A DNA stretch of 64,000 nucleotides from a virus. A model generated the notes under the pieces. That model saw only the letters and a program-made list of their open reading frames with translations, was not told the origin of the DNA and ran no database searches. This document shows positions 58,438 to 64,000 of this stretch, piece after piece. How positions within the stretch are numbered: the stretch's first letter is position 1; each line of letters begins with the position of its first letter. The position numbers and the translations under genes are program-made. The stretch spans positions 20,466 through 84,465 of the IMG/VR virus record IMGVR_UViG_3300017956_000007; one strand, 5' to 3'.

Positions 58438-59510
58438 TTGTGACTACATTCTACAAAACAGTTTTGTTTATTTTTCCAAGAGGAAATAACTTTATACCAA
58501 TGGTGACTATTAATAACGTCTTCGATTGTGTTTTTATTTAAATCAAAACATTTCTTATCTTTGACCCATAATGAATCTTTAAACTCAATTTCACGATTAG
58601 AAAAATTACTTTTTTTAATTTTATAAGGATGACTGACCCAACTGCAAGGGTACATTATACCTTCAGCATCAATGTATTTACCATAATCTCCTTTAAAGCA
58701 TTTAGGAGTTATCAAATCAGTCTCATATAATTTAGCCTCATCATCACATCTTTTCAAATATTCATTATACTTTTTAGTTTTTTCTCGCCTTAAATCAATG
58801 TACTTAATTTTATCACTCATTAACACATATTGATTTCTAAAATGAACCGGATATTTTCCTATAAACTCCTCGGACGGCTGCAAAGGATCATAACCGAGAA
58901 ATTGATCAATATATTTTTCATGTTTTTTTCCAAAATTAGTTGAATTTACAATTCTAAATTGATCAACATTTAAAGATTGTGCTTTATCTTTTATATTATT
59001 CAAATGATTTTGATTGAAACTAAAAACAATGGTTGACCATTTTACAAGTGCTTCTGATTTTACAACTTCTTTAATACCAGTTTCAATGGTATCCCAGTCA
59101 GAATTAACTCTATATTTTTGATTCGATTCTTGATCCCATCCATCTATTGAAAAAACCACAGTATCGTATATATTTAAATGAGAACTTAATTCATTCCACC
59201 ACTCTGCTTTTTTATAGCTGCCATTCGTGATTATCTTAATTTCTAAATCTTTTTTAATATTTTTTAAATATTCAATTATTCGAATTATGTCTTTGCAATA
59301 TATAGGGTCCCCTTGTCCGCCACAAAAATCTATATATTTAACATAATCATTAATGAATTTTTCAGTAAAATTTTTTTTAAAAAAATTTAAATTCAACTCA
59401 GTTATTTTATAACTACCGGGATATTCTGTTCTAGGACATCTGGGACATTTTAGTGCGCATTTTGAAGATAATTCAATATGCCAATGTGCAAATAAATTAT
59501 TATAATTCAT
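58425..59510 (-). CDS. Radical SAM protein with C-terminal SPASM/twitch motif (group C)
   Basis: HIELSSKCALKCPRC; CGGQGDP; TNG; FSIDG..YRVN..W; IVF.FN..H; PCSW..CSHKC. Confidence 0.92.
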   Translation of the reverse strand: MNYNNLFAHWHIELSSKCALKCPRCPRTEYPGSYKITELNLNFFKKNFTEKFINDYVKYIDFCGGQGDPIYCKDIIRIIEYLKNIKKDLEIKIITNGSYKKAEWWNELSSHLNIYDTVVFSIDGWDQESNQKYRVNSDWDTIETGIKEVVKSEALVKWSTIVFSFNQNHLNNIKDKAQSLNVDQFRIVNSTNFGKKHEKYIDQFLGYDPLQPSEEFIGKYPVHFRNQYVLMSDKIKYIDLRREKTKKYNEYLKRCDDEAKLYETDLITPKCFKGDYGKYIDAEGIMYPCSWVSHPYKIKKSNFSNREIEFKDSLWVKDKKCFDLNKNTIEDVINSHHWYKVISSWKNKQNCFVECSHKCLK

Positions 59511-60057
59511 TTCTTGTTTCTATTACCATTTCACCTATCAAAAAATCGACAGGTGTGTTCAATAAATATGTTATTAGATTGTAATATTCGATTTCCGTAA
59601 TTCCTCTTCCCTTCCATTCTTTTTTATTTCTATTGATTTCCGTGTCTAACAATCCTAATTTTAAATTTGTAACTTTGAAATTTATTTTTTTACTTTGAAA
59701 TTGCTTAAAAGACATTTTGCAAAGTTCATCCAATGCCGTTTTTATAGATAAATTTGAAGTTAAATTATCATAATTTTTAAAATGTGTATTTATTGAGCCC
59801 GTATTGATTATATAACCATCTTTATTAAATTTTTTCCAACACTTTATAATATCATATAATAGAGTATATTGTGAGTGATCTCCAGACCATGCGTGATTAA
59901 TAAAAACATCATAATCAATACTTTTTCTGATGATTTCATGTCTATCTTTTTCTGATGAGATATCAAAACCTGTTGATCTTGAATAATCTATTGCTGAAAA
60001 TTTTTTAACAATAATATTTCCTATTCCATAAGATCCTCCAACGATAGCAACTCTCAT
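59500..60057 (-). CDS. Short-chain dehydrogenase/reductase-like (Rossmann) protein
   Basis: VAIVGGSYGIG..SRS.GFDI..DVFINHA..IINTGS..K.AL..G..DT. Confidence 0.8.
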   Translation of the reverse strand: MRVAIVGGSYGIGNIIVKKFSAIDYSRSTGFDISSEKDRHEIIRKSIDYDVFINHAWSGDHSQYTLLYDIIKCWKKFNKDGYIINTGSINTHFKNYDNLTSNLSIKTALDELCKMSFKQFQSKKINFKVTNLKLGLLDTEINRNKKEWKGRGITEIEYYNLITYLLNTPVDFLIGEMVIETRNEL

Positions 60058-60058
60058 A

Positions 60059-61192
60059 TCAATCCTTAAATAATTGCATAGTGGTTTGATCTATTTCATA
60101 ATTACTATTTTTTTGTGAAACAATTTCATAATCTAAATATTTTGTATGATTTTTAAATAAAGAATCAATATCGTGATCATTTTTTGCTTTTGTTATACAT
60201 AAACCACATCCACAAAATGTTTTAGGACATGTTATCATTGGAATTTTTTTATCGGAATATAAAAATTTTGATAAATCATCAATAATTTTATCAAAATTAG
60301 AAATATTTCCTAATGGGGCAACTTCTCCGTTCAAATTAACCGCACAAGTCTGATGAGTCCAAACCTTATCTAATTCTTGATTCAAAAATAAAAAATACCA
60401 ATTAATCATGCACTTCCATCCTTGAAAATTAGTAGATGGTAAAAAATATGCATCATGGTCATTAACTTTAAAACATCTACCTCCACAACAAGGTCTACCC
60501 AATCCTTTTTGACTATCTCCTTTTTTAGATGTTTCTTGACCTTTATTGTTCCAAAATTTTCTGAACCATTTCATCTGATCTCTACTGTAAACATGTGTAT
60601 AACCGTAAGATATAGACAATTCATCATTGATATCATCTCCTATAATTCTTGGTATGTAATTAACTCCCTCTTTTTCCAACAAATCACACAAATCCACACA
60701 CTCATCAAAAAAGTTTTTATGAAACATGACATTGACTTTATAAGTTTTTTTCAATTCTATTATATTTTCTATTACTACTTTTTTTTGTTTTTCCGTTGAT
60801 TCGCAATGATATGAAATTGTTCCAGTTGTTGTATATTTTTTAACTTTTTCTAAATTTTTTTTACCAAACCATCCATTAGTTGTTAATCCTCTAGAATAAT
60901 TTGAATAATTATCAGAGATATATTGCATAAAATCAAAAAACGCAGGATTTAATGTAGGTTCACCTCCAGTAAATGATAATTTCTTAATGGAAGGTTTTTT
61001 TCTAAAATCATCATACAAAGTTGAGTAGTCATTTACATATTTCATAGTTCGACAAAGTTCTTCAAAATCTGCCATGGGAGACCATTTATTGTTTCTGTGA
61101 GGAGGACAATATGAACATGCATATGAACATCTTCTACCTAAATCCCATATAATTTGAAATCTGTTAGATATATCTTCTATTTTATCAAACAT
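60059..61192 (-). CDS. Radical SAM protein with Cys-rich C-terminus (group D)
   Basis: WDLGRRCSYACSYC; FTGGEPT; TTNG; SYH.E; RPCCGGRC, F.GW.C, CPKTFCGCGLC. ATG at 61192 preferred over the track start at 61249. Confidence 0.9.
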   Translation of the reverse strand: MFDKIEDISNRFQIIWDLGRRCSYACSYCPPHRNNKWSPMADFEELCRTMKYVNDYSTLYDDFRKKPSIKKLSFTGGEPTLNPAFFDFMQYISDNYSNYSRGLTTNGWFGKKNLEKVKKYTTTGTISYHCESTEKQKKVVIENIIELKKTYKVNVMFHKNFFDECVDLCDLLEKEGVNYIPRIIGDDINDELSISYGYTHVYSRDQMKWFRKFWNNKGQETSKKGDSQKGLGRPCCGGRCFKVNDHDAYFLPSTNFQGWKCMINWYFLFLNQELDKVWTHQTCAVNLNGEVAPLGNISNFDKIIDDLSKFLYSDKKIPMITCPKTFCGCGLCITKAKNDHDIDSLFKNHTKYLDYEIVSQKNSNYEIDQTTMQLFKD

Positions 61193-62198
61193 AGGATTCC
61201 ATTTTTCCAGTTCTAGAAATGTCCTGCGAACAACAATGCGCACCTCCATCCCAAAAATATCTATGTCTATGATTCCAGGTGATCACATCAATCTGGTGTT
61301 TTTCTATATTTTTTATATTTTCAATGTCATTACCAGTAGTTATTATTGTATTTTCATCAACAGAAAGACAGTTAACATCAAACCAAGTTTCTTTCGAATA
61401 GCCTACCCAATCGCTAAGATATTTCATCACATAATCAGTATAAAATCTCTTTTTTCTAGTTTCTTTAAATTCTTTAGGAAATTTAGAGTTGTCTTTGATA
61501 ATAATTTTATCCCAATTTTTCAATTCTTCAGGAATAAATTTTTCCCTCCAGGTCATTAATAATCCTGGACGCAAAAGTGCTATTTTTCCGTCAATATGAC
61601 CTCCAGCAGAAACTTCAATGAATTTATATTCGGTTAATAAAGATTTCATCCACTCTAAACCTTTCTCCGTTCCTTTACCATTTTTAGGATCTTTATCAGC
61701 TGATTGAGTGTGTATAATACAATCTCCGCATTTTATAAAATTTGCAGTTTCCCACAATATCATATTTTTATATTTGTCATATCTTTGTTGAATCTTAATT
61801 TTATTGGAGTGGTCTTCAATTATATCATAATCTTCAGTTTTGTCAATATCTGGTTTCCACATTTTAAATAATTCATAATCATCTAAACAGTCTCTAACAA
61901 CATCCGAATAAAGTGTATGCTCTTCAAATCTTGAATGTATTGCGCCAAAAGTTTGAAACATTTTATTACCATAAAATCCAAATATATCTCTTGGCATTAT
62001 AGGATGATGCAAATCTATTGAAAATTTAGGCTGTATTGGACGTAAAACTTTAACATTTTGTTTCACTAAAATATTTTCCAATTCATTAAGATCTTCATTT
62101 GTCTCATCAATAATTTTATCTAACCCTTTAATATCGCAAGATTTGTAAGAAATACCTACCAAACACTTTTCTAATTTTGTAAATTCATCATGTATCAT
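61185..62198 (-). CDS. Amidinotransferase (glycine / inosamine-phosphate amidinotransferase family)
   Basis: DEF..L..C.VG..T.EDL..L..V.VLRP..PRD..GHIDG.I.LLRPGL..FDVN.LS..RHR.FWDGG.HC...D..R; AAGGAAG Shine-Dalgarno before the ATG at 62198. Confidence 0.88.
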   Translation of the reverse strand: MIHDEFTKLEKCLVGISYKSCDIKGLDKIIDETNEDLNELENILVKQNVKVLRPIQPKFSIDLHHPIMPRDIFGFYGNKMFQTFGAIHSRFEEHTLYSDVVRDCLDDYELFKMWKPDIDKTEDYDIIEDHSNKIKIQQRYDKYKNMILWETANFIKCGDCIIHTQSADKDPKNGKGTEKGLEWMKSLLTEYKFIEVSAGGHIDGKIALLRPGLLMTWREKFIPEELKNWDKIIIKDNSKFPKEFKETRKKRFYTDYVMKYLSDWVGYSKETWFDVNCLSVDENTIITTGNDIENIKNIEKHQIDVITWNHRHRYFWDGGAHCCSQDISRTGKMESYV

Positions 62199-62727
62199 AT
62201 AATACTTCCTTATTACTCCAATTATCATCCATAAAAGATAAAATTATTGTGGTTCTAGTACCATTAATAATTTGTTTTTCAACACCATGCGGTATTTGAC
62301 TTAAATCGTAAGTATGCAAACCGACAGTATTGAACTCTACCGCACGATTTATTTTAAAATCAACTGTAAATTTTTCATTCGAATAAAATGTAGTTCCAGG
62401 CCCATCACCGTCCAAATATATTAATATAGTTTTTTTTCTTTCTGGATGATCATTATGAGGTTTTAACCAAAAACCATTTTTATCTTTACATATTTCTATT
62501 CTGACATTATTTCTTTTTTCATAGTTTGATAAAATTTTTTCAGCTAAAACTTTATGCTCATCGATAGAATTTTTAGTTATAAAATATCTGTTCACAAGTT
62601 CAGATCTTTTCCCTAAAAAATTTTTATAATCATTGTCTATTTTCAAATTCCTTGATATCTTCTGTGCCAATTTAAGAGTTGATGGTTCTAAAAAATCTTC
62701 TATTATTTTTATATTTAACTTTTCCAT
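62188..62727 (-). CDS. 2OG-Fe(II) oxygenase
   Basis: RIEICKD..GFWL.PHND..ILIYL..GT.FY..HG...R (HxD...H...R). Confidence 0.8.
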   Translation of the reverse strand: MEKLNIKIIEDFLEPSTLKLAQKISRNLKIDNDYKNFLGKRSELVNRYFITKNSIDEHKVLAEKILSNYEKRNNVRIEICKDKNGFWLKPHNDHPERKKTILIYLDGDGPGTTFYSNEKFTVDFKINRAVEFNTVGLHTYDLSQIPHGVEKQIINGTRTTIILSFMDDNWSNKEVLYDT

Positions 62728-63500
62728 GACATAATTTTTTCGTGTAATTCTTTAATAATTTTATATTCTTTAATAGTTATTCTCATTTTATTTCCATAAG
62801 ATTTTACTAAAATCTTATGTTCTTTTAATTTCTCTGAAAAATCATAATCACACATAACATAATTAGAATATCCGTTATAGTGATAAAAATCAAACTGTAA
62901 TAAAAAACTCAATGATTTTTTAAATTGATTCATTGAGTTTTTTAACTCATCATTTTCAACCATTTTGCTATATGCCACACTTAATGAATATTCATTAGAT
63001 TCATATCCTCCCCTATACTCCTGAATATGTTCTGTCAAATGACCTGTCATATATCCTATTCTCAATCCTGCCAGACCGTATGCTTTAGAAAAAGATCTCA
63101 GTATAGTGACATTCGGCAACAAATAATCCCAATTATGATTATGATAATGTTGAAAAACATCATCTATGACAACATAATCATAATTAAAATCCACTTCTGT
63201 TTTTGGATTTACAATAAATTGTATAGAAGGTCCTACAGGTTGACAATAGATTTTTTCAAAAACAGGATATAATGAGAAATCCGAATCATATGAAATTTTT
63301 GAAGGCTTTAATACCTCCATTATATTTTTAATTCCTCCCGAAACACCTTCAGTAAAAAATAAATTATCATATTTTAAATAATCTTTAAATTTTGTATAAT
63401 AGTATTGTAAATTAGGATAATTTGACCAATAACCTAGCCCTTCATTTCTATCTAATCTAATATAGTCGTCGGAATATTCTTCTTTTCTAAATCTATTCAT
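62715..63500 (-). CDS. PLP-dependent aminotransferase class I/II (compact HisC-like)
   Basis: IRLDRNE..T.G..VNP..VIDD.F..LRSFSKAYGLAGLRIGY (PLP lysine)..N...RITI. Confidence 0.88.
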   Translation of the reverse strand: MNRFRKEEYSDDYIRLDRNEGLGYWSNYPNLQYYYTKFKDYLKYDNLFFTEGVSGGIKNIMEVLKPSKISYDSDFSLYPVFEKIYCQPVGPSIQFIVNPKTEVDFNYDYVVIDDVFQHYHNHNWDYLLPNVTILRSFSKAYGLAGLRIGYMTGHLTEHIQEYRGGYESNEYSLSVAYSKMVENDELKNSMNQFKKSLSFLLQFDFYHYNGYSNYVMCDYDFSEKLKEHKILVKSYGNKMRITIKEYKIIKELHEKIMSWKS

Positions 63501-64000
63501 AATATTTTTTAAAAAAATTAAAATGTTCTAAACCTTCTTGTTTATTCGTGTAGGTATTAATTTTACCATTTACATTACATTTATTACAAGGAGAAATATT
63601 TTTTCTATTATTAACTATCAACTCTTTTCTCATATATTCATAAGATTTATACCATAAATTTTCTAAACTATCATTTTTTAAATTACCCATAACTTTTTTT
63701 TCTTTCCAATCATGACAACAAAATCTAATATCTAAATTCCAATCTATTTTCATCCTATAAAAAGGTACATAACAGGTTTTGTTTTCTAATTTTTTTTCCT
63801 CAAACCATCCTCCACAATTATTAAACATTATTGAATTTATATATTGTTTTCTAATATCGACCGCATAATTTTTAGTTTTACTCTTAATATATTCATATCT
63901 TTCGTCACCATCATAAACTGATATTCTAATCTGATCAAAATATTTAAAAAATGAAAAATCTTTTTTGCCTATATAATCACCATTAGTTGTCATTTTTATT
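63493..64000 (-). CDS. Radical SAM/SPASM protein, 5' end beyond the window
   Basis: Frame open to the right edge; TTNGD..IRISVY..; C-terminal CYVPF..IDW....CCHDW..GNL...L..LW..R..L..R....PC.KC. The CxxxCxxC motif would lie outside the window. Confidence 0.8.
   Translation of the reverse strand, partial: IKMTTNGDYIGKKDFSFFKYFDQIRISVYDGDERYEYIKSKTKNYAVDIRKQYINSIMFNNCGGWFEEKKLENKTCYVPFYRMKIDWNLDIRFCCHDWKEKKVMGNLKNDSLENLWYKSYEYMRKELIVNNRKNISPCNKCNVNGKINTYTNKQEGLEHFNFFKKYYE

Noticed and set aside
46405-61192. Group D radical SAM genes as QueE, NrdG or MoaA of a known pathway
   Set aside because: No queC, queD, folE, nrdD or moaC in the window; they have the standard CxxxCxxC plus extra C-terminal Cys motifs and sit among other paralogous radical SAM genes.
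43019-64000. A classical RiPP cluster with a Cys-rich precursor peptide
   Set aside because: Intergenic space is nearly absent, and no short Cys-rich or leader-core ORF, dedicated peptidase or ABC exporter was seen. A precursor beyond the right edge cannot be excluded.
28455-64000. The island as flanking bacterial chromosome (prophage boundary or chimera)
   Set aside because: It overlaps the ClpP-gp33-gp59-gp32 run at 28455-28468, has similar AT-richness and packing, contains a T4 late-type motif, and shows no integrase, att site or housekeeping genes. Read coverage would confirm this.
1-64000. CRISPR arrays, tRNA/rRNA genes, introns/inteins and stop-codon reassignment
   Set aside because: No spaced repeat array or cloverleaf was noticed and there is little intergenic room; conserved genes are full length and uninterrupted in the standard code. 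This was by eye only; tRNAscan-SE and Infernal were not run.

Overview
A very AT-rich segment of a large T4-like (myovirus-type) phage genome, standard genetic code, densely coding. (1) 1-25.9 kb is a baseplate/tail/head-completion module: gp7 (missing from the ORF track because it runs off the left edge), gp6, gp25, a ~7.9 kb insertion with a large Ig-like-repeat protein, a lysozyme-less gp5, a gp27-like hub, gp53, two gp48 paralogues, gp4, gp2, gp54, gp26, gp51 and a tape-measure-like gene. A perfect T8 slippery site joins gp26 to gp51 in the -1 frame. (2) 25.9-28.5 kb holds gp32, gp59, gp33 and a ClpP-like peptidase. (3) 28.5-64 kb is a >35 kb accessory island: multidomain glycosyltransferases (one with a TibC/Aah-type heptosyltransferase domain), a tandemly duplicated pair of a Ser/Thr/Tyr-rich putative virion protein plus an acidic partner, small GT/methyltransferase/2OG-Fe(II) genes, at least 13 radical SAM enzymes with auxiliary Fe-S (SPASM/twitch) motifs in about five paralogue groups, an amidinotransferase, a PLP aminotransferase, an SDR, an SGNH-like protein, and an inverted, late-promoter-driven methyltransferase-TctA-TctC unit. 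The main candidate for an undescribed system is this radical-SAM/glycosylation island, which may modify the adjacent virion proteins. No tRNA, rRNA, CRISPR array or mobile element was seen. All family calls come from motif recognition by eye, not database searches.
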